Origin: Thermoproteota archaeon
Lineage (GTDB): Archaea; Korarchaeota; Korarchaeia; Korarchaeales; Korarchaeaceae
NCBI GenBank assembly: GCA_026986575.1
Contig: JALSOH010000001.1
Span: 1-56,775 of the forward strand
Reading direction: 5' to 3'
DNA: 56,775 nt
This document shows, in pieces, positions 1-10,359 of this stretch; the first letter of the stretch is position 1; each line of letters opens with the position of its first letter. The notes below the pieces were generated by a model that made no database searches, was not told the DNA's origin, and was given only the letters and a program-made list of their open reading frames with translations. The position numbers were made by a program, and so were the translations under genes.

Positions 1-3000
1 CCTTCCCTCAGAGCTATATCGCAAGAGGTCACGCACCAGTAGTAGGCCCCCTCATCGAGATCGAAGGTCCAGTTCATGGAGACATCCTGCCCACTAAGAT
101 CCTTACTCTCTTGGTAGACGATGGAGTTGCCTTTGTACACGGTTATCGTGGCATTCTTAACACCGGTATCGTCGTGGGCCGAGGCGAAGAAGGTCACCTC
201 CCCCTCCTCCACAGTCGACCCGTCGGCCGGAGAGGCAAGCATGACCACTGGCGGGGCGTCGTCCAGTATGATGAGGTTAGCCCTCACCCTCTCCTCCTTG
301 GCTGGATCGTTAGAGGACTTGGCCTCCACATAGTAATTGAGCACGCACCTATCCCTCGAGACGAGCGGCGTCACTGTTACGACGAGGTCCCTCTTCTCTC
401 CAGGATTCAGGGGTATCGAGTAACCGGAAGCTGAGGTAATCTCGTTCGTCACATTGCTGGCTCCATCGAAGACAACGGTCCTGACGGTGTTCCCGGGCGT
501 GATGATCCTGACCACTATGTTGTCCGGCTGATTGCCGTCGTTCTCCACCGTCACCACGTAGCTCACCGTCTCGGACGACTTCTGAGTCTGGGCAGCGTAT
601 TGGACCTCCCCTGTAGAGTCATAAACATCGTCCCAGAAGGTGGAACCGTTCGGGAACGTCACCATCAGGTCCGGCTGAGCCACGGGCAGGACGGTCAGGC
701 TAAGCACCGTCTCATCGTGGAAGATCTCGTCCGCGTAGTACGGATCCGTTGGATAATTAGTCTGCCAGTCGAGGTTGCTCGATCCCCTGATCACAACCTG
801 ATATGTGTTTGGAGGGGTCCTCCTGGGGACATCCATCAGGAACACCATCCTAGCTAGGCCACCGTGAGGGGTCAGGTCACCTGTGTCGGGGATCCCGTCG
901 CCACCAGCGTCGTATTCTGGGACCACGACATCCCAGACGCCATCCCCATTCGAGTCCTCAGCTAAGAGAACATCGTCACCGTTCTTCACCGAGAAATCGA
1001 AAGCCCCTATGGGGTCGTTCAATCCCTCGTCCCTGAGCAGCCTGATCCTGAAGGAGCCGGTATTCTCCATGATCTTGACGTTCCCCCTGTCGGTCTCGGG
1101 AGCGATGTTGATCCAGTTCTGCACGAAGCTCACCGTGACGTTGGTCAGCGGGCTGATCGAGACGGATCCCGAGTCAGGATCTATGAAGCCGCACGGCACT
1201 GGCCCGATGTTGAGGGTTAGGAAGGAGTCCGCGTGCACTATATCGTCTTTGTAATATGGGTCCGCCGGATAGTTAGTCTGCCAGTCGTTGTAGGAGGAGG
1301 CCCTGAACCTGAAGTCGTAGTTATCGCCAGCCAAGACCTCGTCCCTCGGGAGATACACCACGAACACTATCTTCACGGAACTGCCAGAGGCGACGGTGCC
1401 GGTGTCCGGAATCCCATCCGAGTACGTGTCGAGAGCGTCGTTCACGTATGTCCAGCCGTTCGTACTGTCACCATCCAAGTCGTAGGCTATTAAAACATCG
1501 TCGGCAAAGTTAGCCGGTTCAGAGTCGGACAGGCCCAGATCATCGTCTCCATTGACATCTAAGTATACGGAAATGTTCCTATCGGGATCAGACCTCACAG
1601 ATATGTCGTACACGTCATCTAGGGCTCCGGAGTTGTGAAAGCTGACCACGTAGTAGTACTTGGTGATGCTCTGATCGCACTTGGGCTGCACGGTTGAACT
1701 GGTGGACGCGGGATCGGCCGTGACGTAAAGGGGCGGGGGTTCAACGGTCAAAGTCATCGAGAGGGCGTCGACCCTGCAGTCATCGGGCAGGTCGTTTAGG
1801 TCCTCATCATCGAAGACATAGACGGTCGTGGAGAAGGTGCCCGTTGGGTCCCCAGGAGGCACGTCGATGGTCATGACTACATCGGTGGAATCTCCTGCAG
1901 CGAGGATGAAGTCGTTTGAGGAGAAACTCACGTAAGACGGATCTACTTGGCCTGCAGGGTCCACCATCAGCTTGACATGCTGAGCATCCTGCACGCCCAC
2001 ATTGGTCACATGTATGGTGACCTGGACGGGGTTGCCCTCGACCACCGTCACGCTGATGTCCTCAGGCGTGGCGTCCAATCCCTCGACTAGGAACTGGAGA
2101 CTGTCAGAGACATGGTATCCGTTATCGTAATCGGGAGGATCGCCCGGCCAAGCTATCACGGTCCACGTACCTCCGGCCTCGTCTAGCACCGAGGGTAGTG
2201 TGAACGTGCCGTGAAAGATTCCATCGCTAGCGACGTCATCGGGCGCGACTCCATCGTCTCTAAGGGTGACTGTGGTGATCACATTAAAGGAGGAGTCCCT
2301 TACCTCGGCCTTGAGGTAAGACCCGTCGCCGCTATTGAGGTAGAGGCCGACGTCCGATCTCACCTCGATTAGCGCAGTATCACCGCACTTCAGAGGCTGT
2401 GAAGGATCGGCCGCGTTCGTGACCGCGACCACATCCAGGCCGAAACCCTCGGGATCCCCGAGCTCGGCCGGGAGCCACGCGAGGACCTTCACATCGTCCA
2501 CGTAAGCATAAGTGCCGTATAAAGCGTCTGCCGTGTTACCTGCCTCAAAGTACACCCTCACAGTCTGTCCCGCGTAAGCTGAGAGATCGAAGGTGAAGCA
2601 CTTCCACGGTCTCTCCTTCCATCCAGTCCCTCCCGGAGGAGCGGTCTCCTCCACGAGAGTTTGAAGAACTGCGTTGGATGTGCTCCTTATCTGGGCCCTG
2701 AACCGGTCGTAGTTGGCGTAGTCGTAGGACACTATCCTCCTGCAGAAGGAGAGGGTCGCACCACTCGGCGGGATGGTGATCTCTTGGTAAACATAGCCAC
2801 CCATCTTATTGCTGGCAGCGCTAGGTCCATAGCCAGCGTAATCCCACCCTATCTTATAAGATTGGGCACCGGAATAAGCCACGCTTCCCCCCAAGTGGGG
2901 ATCGCTTCCGCTAACGACGGAATGAGCGGCCAGCGGGTGATCGACTCCTCCTTCTACCCAAGGAGCTGGATCCTCCGTGCCTGGTGGACTGCCCTCGAAG

Positions 3001-3491
3001 TCTCCATCACCAACTAGGTTGACAGGCGCCGGATCGGGGAAGTTGGGCTGCGGCTTCACGCCGTTCTCCTCGATGTCGAAGTATATGTAGTAAGTGACTG
3101 GTGCCGCGTCCTCAAGAACGAAGCTCACGTCCCCTCTCGCGTTACCAGAGTCGTCGTCACTTCCCATGTAATGTTCATCGTCGAACTTCTGTGAGGCTAT
3201 GAGATTCCCAGTTGAGGAGACTACTCTGATGGAGTTAGCGTCGAAGGTCCCTGATACCCCTAGTTCAGAGAGCAAGGACCCGAAGTCTACGGCAATCCTG
3301 ATGGAGTCCCCCGGGGATCCCGCAGATATTTGGACCGGAACCCTATAGTGCCAGTCGTGACCGTTGGAGACACCATCCGGATCCCACCAGGACGGAGAGG
3401 CGAGATCCCCCTTAAGAGTGACCGGTAGGGGGATTGAGAGGCATAATATTGACATAGTGACGAATACAAGAATTAACTTATCTTCATACAT
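1..3491 (-). CDS. Large secreted/surface multidomain protein, partial (C-terminus beyond window start)
   Basis: Translated by hand in segments. ATG at 3491 gives MYEDKLILVFVTMSILCLSIPLP (signal peptide), then WWDPDG..WHYRVPV (DUF2341-like), a jelly-roll/adhesin-like FDLSAYAGQTVRVYF segment, LRDDGVAPDDVASDGIFHG and repeated DGIPDTG motifs. The same frame reads LDEGAYYWCVTSCD at the window start. Absent from the ORF track because no stop falls in the window. Confidence 0.85.
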   Translation of the reverse strand, partial: MYEDKLILVFVTMSILCLSIPLPVTLKGDLASPSWWDPDGVSNGHDWHYRVPVQISAGSPGDSIRIAVDFGSLLSELGVSGTFDANSIRVVSSTGNLIASQKFDDEHYMGSDDDSGNARGDVSFVLEDAAPVTYYIYFDIEENGVKPQPNFPDPAPVNLVGDGDFEGSPPGTEDPAPWVEGGVDHPLAAHSVVSGSDPHLGGSVAYSGAQSYKIGWDYAGYGPSAASNKMGGYVYQEITIPPSGATLSFCRRIVSYDYANYDRFRAQIRSTSNAVLQTLVEETAPPGGTGWKERPWKCFTFDLSAYAGQTVRVYFEAGNTADALYGTYAYVDDVKVLAWLPAELGDPEGFGLDVVAVTNAADPSQPLKCGDTALIEVRSDVGLYLNSGDGSYLKAEVRDSSFNVITTVTLRDDGVAPDDVASDGIFHGTFTLPSVLDEAGGTWTVIAWPGDPPDYDNGYHVSDSLQFLVEGLDATPEDISVTVVEGNPVQVTIHVTNVGVQDAQHVKLMVDPAGQVDPSYVSFSSNDFILAAGDSTDVVMTIDVPPGDPTGTFSTTVYVFDDEDLNDLPDDCRVDALSMTLTVEPPPLYVTADPASTSSTVQPKCDQSITKYYYVVSFHNSGALDDVYDISVRSDPDRNISVYLDVNGDDDLGLSDSEPANFADDVLIAYDLDGDSTNGWTYVNDALDTYSDGIPDTGTVASGSSVKIVFVVYLPRDEVLAGDNYDFRFRASSYNDWQTNYPADPYYKDDIVHADSFLTLNIGPVPCGFIDPDSGSVSISPLTNVTVSFVQNWINIAPETDRGNVKIMENTGSFRIRLLRDEGLNDPIGAFDFSVKNGDDVLLAEDSNGDGVWDVVVPEYDAGGDGIPDTGDLTPHGGLARMVFLMDVPRRTPPNTYQVVIRGSSNLDWQTNYPTDPYYADEIFHDETVLSLTVLPVAQPDLMVTFPNGSTFWDDVYDSTGEVQYAAQTQKSSETVSYVVTVENDGNQPDNIVVRIITPGNTVRTVVFDGASNVTNEITSASGYSIPLNPGEKRDLVVTVTPLVSRDRCVLNYYVEAKSSNDPAKEERVRANLIILDDAPPVVMLASPADGSTVEEGEVTFFASAHDDTGVKNATITVYKGNSIVYQESKDLSGQDVSMNWTFDLDEGAYYWCVTSCDIALRE

Positions 3492-3643
3492 CGGTTGTAC
3501 AGGCCATCGGAATGATAAAAAATTTCCCCGAGTAGCCGACGATAACTTCAGGATGGACGTGTTTTTTACGATGCTCCGATAAATTTCTCAGTTAATACCG
3601 TTATATCTCAGTTTTCGTTTTGAGAGACGGGGGCCCGCATCTC

Positions 3644-3979
3644 TCACCACACCTTCACACCCACTGGTACCTCCTCTCCCACCGTTATCAGATGAACCTT
3701 CCCGTCCTCCTCCTCAGCTAGAAGGAGCATACCTCTGCTCTCTACCCCCATAAGTTTCTTAGGCTTCAGATTGAGTACGAATATCATTTTCCTGCCCTCC
3801 AGCTCCTCCGCCCGGTACTGATCCCCTATCCCAGTTACGATGGTCCTTTCCTCATTTCCGAAGTCCACCTCGAGCTTTATCAGCTTCTTGGATTTGGGGA
3901 CCTTCTCCGCTCTCTTTACGTATCCCACCCTTAGATCGAACTTCCAGAACTCCTCGACATCGTACATTTCACTCCCCAT
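3644..3979 (-). CDS. tRNA-binding OB-fold protein (Trbp111/CsaA/MetRS C-terminal-like)
   Basis: DLRVG..AEKVPKSKKLIKLEVDFG..RTIVTGI..NLKPKKLMGVESRGMLL signature. Confidence 0.9.
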   Translation of the reverse strand: MGSEMYDVEEFWKFDLRVGYVKRAEKVPKSKKLIKLEVDFGNEERTIVTGIGDQYRAEELEGRKMIFVLNLKPKKLMGVESRGMLLLAEEEDGKVHLITVGEEVPVGVKVW

Positions 3980-4080
3980 CGTGATCTCCCTCTCCCCAAA
4001 ACCTCTCTAGGCTTATCCCGTTCATGACTGAATGTACATGCGATTTGCTTTTATTGTTGATCTATGGTATAGTATAGTAG

Positions 4081-5448
4081 ATGAATAGCAGAGCCTTGAT
4101 CTCGTTGACGCTCATCGCATTGACTCTCCCGGCATCGTGGATGATTTTTGTAGGGAAAAATGGCTTCTATGAGGGGCTTTATGTTATAAAAGTGGGAAGC
4201 TTTCTGGTTGCTACCTCTTCCTTTTCGGAGCTTAAAAATAACCTCTTAGAAGAGGGAACTCTGTTTCTAACCGTAGATTCTTCAGGCAAGGTTAGCGGTT
4301 CATATAAGGTGAACGGAATGAAGCCGACTTCAATACTCGAGCAAGACGGAAAGATCGTCGTCCTCGGATACTTAGCAGGTTCAGGGAAGAAAAATGGAAT
4401 TATGATGACTTGGAGACCTGGTGATGACTTTCTGAATGGACTGATTATAAGGAACTCGTCTGTGACGCATTCTATGGCAAGGACAGACGGTGAATTAGTG
4501 CTGGTTGGTAGCGTTGAAATCTCCGATAGATGGTCGCCGTTCATCCTTAAGATGGGAGAAAGTGGTGTAGAGGAGGCTTTCACGATATCAGGATCAGAAG
4601 GTATAGAAGCTTACGACTCTGCTGTGAAGGAAGAATCTATAGCTCTAGTTGGGGCCTCATACTCTTCTCCCGGCATGGTAGTGGTCCTCCTTAGGGGCTC
4701 AAGAGTCGACTGGAGCAGGGAGGTTCTGTTGAAAGGGGCAAGGTTAGAACCTAACTCGATCTCTTTTGGTTCTAGTGATGGTACGATAGCTGTCGCAGGA
4801 ACTGCTTGGATGGGGGATCCAAAGAGGTCCGATGGATTCGTAGCTATCTTTGATGGAAACGGAACCCTACTCAATTTCCTACTTGTAGGGGGTAATGGTG
4901 GGAACCAATTATACAAGGTGGGGTGGGATCCTTATAGAGGCGAATTCATCGCGGTTGGAATGGGGGGTTGTTTCGTTGAAGGGGGATGCGATGTACTCGC
5001 GGTCAAAGTTGCTTCCAAAGGTGATCGCTCGACAGGCTTGAGACTGGGTACCACTAAGGTGGAGAAGGCCTCGTCAGTGCTTCCTTTAGAGGATTCCTAT
5101 GTAATAGCAGGAACCTCTGAAGGAGATGTCACCAGATCCCTCTTCTACAGTATGTTCGCGAGGATCTCTAAAGATGGGAGCGGATGCTTACCTAAGCGAG
5201 AATTCAACTTAGCGATGAGGCACGTGAAGCCCGAAGTGGGAGACCTTAAAGTGATCTTAACGAAGATGAACTTAGCCACAGAGAGTAAAAAACTGAAAGT
5301 AGAGGAGGTTCATTCGCTGGAGATATGGAATCCATGCTTCATCGATCCTTACTACCTAAGGGGGATTGCCATACTGATCATTGCTGTTGCTGCGATCTTC
5401 ATAACTATGGCTTACTTTTCAAAGAGGTTCATCGCTCAGGTCGAATAA
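4081..5448 (+). CDS. Membrane-anchored beta-propeller-like extracellular protein
   Basis: N-terminal hydrophobic signal, repeated 'IAVAG.T / D.F.A..D..G' strands, C-terminal TM helix. Confidence 0.6.
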   Translation: MNSRALISLTLIALTLPASWMIFVGKNGFYEGLYVIKVGSFLVATSSFSELKNNLLEEGTLFLTVDSSGKVSGSYKVNGMKPTSILEQDGKIVVLGYLAGSGKKNGIMMTWRPGDDFLNGLIIRNSSVTHSMARTDGELVLVGSVEISDRWSPFILKMGESGVEEAFTISGSEGIEAYDSAVKEESIALVGASYSSPGMVVVLLRGSRVDWSREVLLKGARLEPNSISFGSSDGTIAVAGTAWMGDPKRSDGFVAIFDGNGTLLNFLLVGGNGGNQLYKVGWDPYRGEFIAVGMGGCFVEGGCDVLAVKVASKGDRSTGLRLGTTKVEKASSVLPLEDSYVIAGTSEGDVTRSLFYSMFARISKDGSGCLPKREFNLAMRHVKPEVGDLKVILTKMNLATESKKLKVEEVHSLEIWNPCFIDPYYLRGIAILIIAVAAIFITMAYFSKRFIAQVE

Positions 5449-5573
5449 TGAATGTGCCTTGTCTCCGGGGGAAGGGAGACGTAAAAACGAGAACTGATGC
5501 TTAAAGCAGGAAATTAGAGGCATCATCCCTGTCCCTATTCTTCCTTCAATGTTCTCTCTCATTACATACAGAA

Positions 5574-6599
5574 CTAGTCCCCAGTCGCTAAGATAATTTT
5601 TCCGAACATTTCGCTTCTCTCCATCTTCTCATGGGCGAATTTAGCATCTTCTAGCTCTAAGACGCTATCTATCACGGGTTTCAGCTTTCCACGCTCGATG
5701 AACTTGAGCACCTCCATGAGCTCAGCCCGACTGCCCATATAAGCACCTATTATGGAGATCTGCTTCGCGAACACGTACCTTACATCTACCTCAGCCTCCG
5801 GTCCTGAAGTGGCTCCAACGCTGATGAGCTTTCCTCCCTTCCTTAGAACCTTCAGGTCTTTGGGCCATGTATCTCTCCCCACCGAGTCTATCACTACATC
5901 AACGCCCCCAGCTATCTCCCTGATCTTTGACACGACATCCTCCCTCCTGCGCTGTATTACATGATCGGCCCCTATCTCGTAAGCTTTCTCTATTTTCCAG
6001 TCGTCTCCAACAGTAGCTATCACGTTAGCGCCCAACATTTTCGCAATCTGTATGGACGAAATGCCGACTCCGCTCCCAGCGCCCCACACGAGGACCCACT
6101 GTCCCTCCCTCACGTCAGCCAATGTCCTTAACATGTGCCAAGATGTCAGGAAGACTAGGGGAACTGAAGCAGCTTCCTCGAACGTAAGGCTGGAGGGTTT
6201 GGGGAGAATGGCCCTCTCCGGATGAACCGTCAGCTCAGCATAACCCCCATCCACATGATAGCCGGGCATCGTGTATTCGGAGCATAGGCTCTCCCTCCCG
6301 CTCAGGCAGAACTCGCAGACGCCGCAGCCATAGCCGGGAGCCACTATCACCTCATCACCTGGCTTGAACCTTTCTACACCCACTCCCACCTCTTTCACCA
6401 CTCCGGAGATGTCTGATCCGAGGATTCGAGGTAAGACGACGCCTGGGAGGCCCTCCCTGACCCAAATATCCAAGTGATTTAGCGCTGTAGCTCTCACCTC
6501 AACTAGGACATCTCTGGGTCCCACCTCAGGGTCCCTGTAATCCTCTACGAGAGAGAGGACCTCCGGTCCACCATGCTCGAAGACGACAACCGCTCTCAT
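5574..6599 (-). CDS. Zinc-binding alcohol dehydrogenase / quinone oxidoreductase family
   Basis: GPEVL, GSDISG, structural Zn motif CGVCEFC..C, GAGSGVG nucleotide-binding loop. Confidence 0.9.
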   Translation of the reverse strand: MRAVVVFEHGGPEVLSLVEDYRDPEVGPRDVLVEVRATALNHLDIWVREGLPGVVLPRILGSDISGVVKEVGVGVERFKPGDEVIVAPGYGCGVCEFCLSGRESLCSEYTMPGYHVDGGYAELTVHPERAILPKPSSLTFEEAASVPLVFLTSWHMLRTLADVREGQWVLVWGAGSGVGISSIQIAKMLGANVIATVGDDWKIEKAYEIGADHVIQRRREDVVSKIREIAGGVDVVIDSVGRDTWPKDLKVLRKGGKLISVGATSGPEAEVDVRYVFAKQISIIGAYMGSRAELMEVLKFIERGKLKPVIDSVLELEDAKFAHEKMERSEMFGKIILATGD

Positions 6600-6730
6600 A
6601 ATACCCTCCTAATCACACCTCAACCACTAAATAGGATAGCTCCCCCGGAGACCGTCATCACTGATGGGAAGGAGAGAAGTTAGAGATATCTAAGTTTATA
6701 TATTTCATTTTACTATAGTAATTGGCTGAT

Positions 6731-7480
6731 ATGATGAATTCAAAAAATCTTCTAGTGGGGGCCGCGGCCCTTGCAGTCCTCGCTATCTCAGTATTCGTGA
6801 TAGCAAGGCCTTGGTCCCCGCTATATCCTCAGACACCGATTATGGGGGGCAGTTCTACCCAACCCGGGTTTCCGTCCGGTGGCATGGGAGGCCCGATGAC
6901 GGGCCAGCCCAGATCCGGCCCCGGGTCTGATATGGGGCCAGGAATGGGAGGACCTTGGGGAACCGGAGGTCCTTATACTGGAACCTACGCCGAAATCTCC
7001 ATGGACGACGCCATAGAGTCCTTCAGACAGTATATCAGAGGCATAGGATCCAATCTAGAGCTCTTGGAGGTAATGGAATTTCAACACAACTTCTACGCTG
7101 CTGTCAAGGAGAAGGACACTGGAATGGGGGCGTTCGAACTCCTCCTCTGGAAGGGGAATGGGAGAATAACTCCAGAGCCCGGACCTAATATGATGTGGAA
7201 CCTCAAGTACGGCATGAGAATGGCAAGGTCATACGGCGACTACGCTCCAACACTAGGTGAAGATGACGCTAGAGAGATGGCTCTAGCTTCCCTCCGAAAA
7301 CTGTTCCCCGGTAGCGAGGTGAACGTTGAGGAGGCTATACCTTTCTACGGATATTACACCTTCGACTACAGCGTGGACGGGAGGATGACGGGAATGCTCA
7401 GCGTTAACGCCTTCTCCGGCGAGATCTGGTATCATACATGGCATGGGTACTTCATAGGTATGAGGGAGGTCGAGGACTGA
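6731..7480 (+). CDS. Secreted Met/Gly-rich PepSY-like protein in the copper locus
   Basis: Signal/TM anchor, GMGGPM repeats, PEPGPNMMWNLKYG and WYHTWHG motifs, upstream of copB. Confidence 0.65.
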   Translation: MMNSKNLLVGAAALAVLAISVFVIARPWSPLYPQTPIMGGSSTQPGFPSGGMGGPMTGQPRSGPGSDMGPGMGGPWGTGGPYTGTYAEISMDDAIESFRQYIRGIGSNLELLEVMEFQHNFYAAVKEKDTGMGAFELLLWKGNGRITPEPGPNMMWNLKYGMRMARSYGDYAPTLGEDDAREMALASLRKLFPGSEVNVEEAIPFYGYYTFDYSVDGRMTGMLSVNAFSGEIWYHTWHGYFIGMREVED

Positions 7481-7617
7481 TGTGCTGGGGATGCGGTTGG
7501 GGCTGGGGAATGGGCTGGTGGGGATTCACTTGGTTCATCGGTCCCCTTATCCTGATCGGAGCTATAGCACTCCTGTTCTTCCTCTTGGGAAGGGAATCCT
7601 TGAGGAAGGAGCGCTAA
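7480..7617 (+). CDS. 45-aa CxxC, Trp/Gly-rich single-TM peptide (not in ORF track)
   Basis: ATG overlaps the upstream stop (TGATG); MCWGCGWGWGMGWWGFTWFIGPLILIGAIALLFFLLGRESLRKER*. Confidence 0.7.
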   Translation: MCWGCGWGWGMGWWGFTWFIGPLILIGAIALLFFLLGRESLRKER

Positions 7618-7655
7618 TCTTATTCTCTTTCTAATCAAGGGGAGAGTGTGGGCCT

Positions 7656-9716
7656 ATGGAGGATAATTCCCATCATCTACGTCATGGTCATGAGCACATC
7701 GGGAATGCTGAAGACGATCAGGTTCATGAGCATGATAAGATTCACTCCCACAATGACGGCCATGCGGATCACTCCTCCCACCATAAGCGGATGATGGAGG
7801 ATTTCAAGAGGAGGTTCGTAATATCCACCCTAATAACGGTACCCATCCTCATCCTCTCGCCCCTAGTTCAGAACTTCCTAGGAATAAAGGTGGAGTTCCC
7901 TGGGAGCAATATTCTCCTGTTCGCTCTCTCGCTATTCGTCTATCTGTACGGAGGGAAGCCCTTCTTGGCTGGAATGAGAGACGAGATGATGAAACGCTCC
8001 CCTGGCATGATGACGCTCATCGCACTGGCCATATCCGTGGCTTTCTTCTATAGCTCGGCCGTGAGCTTCGACCTTCAGGGAAGGACATTCTACTGGGAAC
8101 TGGCGACATTGATTGACATAATGCTGCTGGGCCATTACATAGAGATGAGGTCCGTTCTGGGGGCTTCGAGGGCGCTGGAGGAGCTGGTCAAACTCATGCC
8201 AACGGAGGCTCACTTGATCACGAATGGTGAGGTCAGAGATGTTCCCGTGAGTCATCTCAAGCCGGGAAACGTTGTTCTGGTGAAACCGGGAGAGAAGATA
8301 CCAGCAGACGGCATCGTCGTGGAGGGCGAGACGAGCGTGGACGAATCTATGCTGACGGGCGAGTCGAATCCCATCTACAAGGGCCCGGGAGATGAGGTGG
8401 TTGGAGGGTCGGTGAACTTAGAGGGATCGGTGAAGGTGGAGGTCAGAAGAACCGGGAAGGAGAGTTATTTGATGCAGGTGCTCGAGCTCGTGAGGAGAGC
8501 ACAGGAATCTAGGTCGAGGACCCAAGACTTAGCAAACAGGGCGTCCCGCTGGTTAACCATCATTTCCATAAGCGTGGGGACCGTGACGTTCTTGGCTTGG
8601 CTGTGGGCGGGCATGCCTCCCGTCTTCTCCTTGGAGAGGAGCGTTACTGTGATGGTAATCACCTGCCCCCATGCTTTGGGCCTAGCAATTCCACTGGTGG
8701 TCGCAGTTTCCACTTCCCTGTCGGCCAAGAAGGGAATACTCATAAGGGACAGGGAGGCGTTCGAGAGGGCAAAGGATGTGGATATTGTCGTTTTTGACAA
8801 GACTGGTACCCTCACGGAGGGAAGATTTGAGGTGACGGATGTGATCCCTCTAGGGCTTGAATGCGATGATACGCTCAGGCTCGCTGCATCACTAGAATCT
8901 AGGTCAGAACATCCCATAGCTAGGGGAATAGTGGAGAGGGCAGAGGAAGAGGGGTTGGAGCTAGAGGAAGCGAGCGAATTCAGGGCCATTCCAGGCAAGG
9001 GAGCTGAAGGTTTCGTAAACGGGAGGAGGATCGTGGTCGCCAGTCCAAAGCTCCTCGAAGAATTGGGTCTAGGCGACGGAATCGAGGTAGAGGATGTGAA
9101 GAAGGTCATGGGACAGGGGAAGACCGTGATATTCCTCGTAGTGGATGGAGAGCTAGCTGGGGCCATAGCTCTTGCTGACAGGATAAGGGACGAGTCGAAG
9201 GAGGCAGTATCCAAACTGAAAGAGAGAGGCGTCAAGGTCTACATGCTCACCGGAGACAACCAGAAGGTGGCTAAATGGGTCGCCGATGAGCTGGGACTGG
9301 ATGGGTACTTCGCTAAGGTTCTACCCCATGAGAAGGCCGAGAAAGTGGAGGAGCTGAAGTCCCTTGGAGTGGTCGCCATGGTGGGCGATGGAATAAACGA
9401 TGCTCCGGCTCTGGTCCAGTCGGATGTGGGCATAGCCATCGGAGCTGGGACTGATGTGGCCATCGAGAGCGCCGACATAGTACTGGTGAGGAACGACCCT
9501 AGGGATGTGGTGCAGGTAATGGACCTAGCTAGGGCGACCTACAGGAAGATGTACCAGAACCTGCTGTGGGCCACAGGGTATAACGCTCTGGCGATCCCTT
9601 TGGCAGCTGGGGTCCTCTATCCCATGGGGATCCTCCTGAGCCCAGCCGTGGGAGCGGTTCTCATGTCCCTGAGCACAGTGATAGTGGCGGTGAACGCCAA
9701 GCTCCTCGCTCCTTAA
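7656..9716 (+). CDS. copB: Copper-translocating P1B-3 type ATPase
   Basis: His-rich N-terminus, [32 protein letters not shown] and MSLST motifs. Confidence 0.95.
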   Translation: MEDNSHHLRHGHEHIGNAEDDQVHEHDKIHSHNDGHADHSSHHKRMMEDFKRRFVISTLITVPILILSPLVQNFLGIKVEFPGSNILLFALSLFVYLYGGKPFLAGMRDEMMKRSPGMMTLIALAISVAFFYSSAVSFDLQGRTFYWELATLIDIMLLGHYIEMRSVLGASRALEELVKLMPTEAHLITNGEVRDVPVSHLKPGNVVLVKPGEKIPADGIVVEGETSVDESMLTGESNPIYKGPGDEVVGGSVNLEGSVKVEVRRTGKESYLMQVLELVRRAQESRSRTQDLANRASRWLTIISISVGTVTFLAWLWAGMPPVFSLERSVTVMVITCPHALGLAIPLVVAVSTSLSAKKGILIRDREAFERAKDVDIVVFDKTGTLTEGRFEVTDVIPLGLECDDTLRLAASLESRSEHPIARGIVERAEEEGLELEEASEFRAIPGKGAEGFVNGRRIVVASPKLLEELGLGDGIEVEDVKKVMGQGKTVIFLVVDGELAGAIALADRIRDESKEAVSKLKERGVKVYMLTGDNQKVAKWVADELGLDGYFAKVLPHEKAEKVEELKSLGVVAMVGDGINDAPALVQSDVGIAIGAGTDVAIESADIVLVRNDPRDVVQVMDLARATYRKMYQNLLWATGYNALAIPLAAGVLYPMGILLSPAVGAVLMSLSTVIVAVNAKLLAP

Positions 9717-9729
9717 TCCATTTATCCCT

Positions 9730-9890
9730 CAACTAAAGGAGATAACCCTTCTGCTAGGATCACTACGTCTGAGAGATCAATACTATCTCCGGTTCTCCTC
9801 GATCTGTAAACATCTTTCACTTCACATTGCTTGCTCACGCGCGAGGAAATTGTTGAGTGGGTGGAGAGATGCCTGTCAATTCAGCGCTGA
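9730..9890 (+). pseudogene. Degraded C-terminal fragment of a HEPN-domain gene
   Basis: Broken-frame pieces DHYV..SGSP..EEIVEWVERCL directly upstream of and overlapping an MNT gene. Confidence 0.4.
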
Positions 9891-10274
9891 GAGATATACT
9901 GAAGGAGAGGACAAGGGCTAGGAAAGAGGTCATAGAGAAACTCAGGGACTACGCCAAGAGACTTAGCGAGGACTTAGGCCAGGTGTCAGTGATACTCTTC
10001 GGCTCATTTGCTAGGGGAGGTTACAACCTGTGGAGCGACATCGATGTGATCGTAGTATCCGAGGGCTTCAGGGACATCAGGTTCGTAGAGAGGTGCGGGT
10101 ATAGGAGATCCCTCCGGTAACTTGAGCCTTATATGCTGGACCCCTGAGGAGTTCGAGAAGATGGTGAGGAAGCCTCCTCGGGGGAAGGCCCTCGAGCATT
10201 CCATAGTGATCTCGGACATGCACGGGGTGAGGGCGAGGCTCAAGTCAGAGGGGATAACCCCTGCTGAATATTAA
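9870..10274 (+). pseudogene. Minimal nucleotidyltransferase (MNT), frameshifted near 10095-10100
   Basis: ILFGSFARG..SDIDVIVVS motif; the expected C-terminus NLSLICWTPEEFEKMVRK continues in another frame to TAA at 10272-10274. Confidence 0.75.
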
Positions 10275-10359
10275 CAGGCAGCTGCCAGTGCTCGCATCGC
10301 CGCTAAAGGGATGTTCATTTCAAGGCCCAAGTTATATCTTTCCCTCACCTCAATGCGGG

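Noticed and set aside
111-3582. Multiple plus-strand ORFs and the 60-aa minus ORF in the track
   Set aside because: Antisense or off-frame shadows of the large minus-strand surface protein gene
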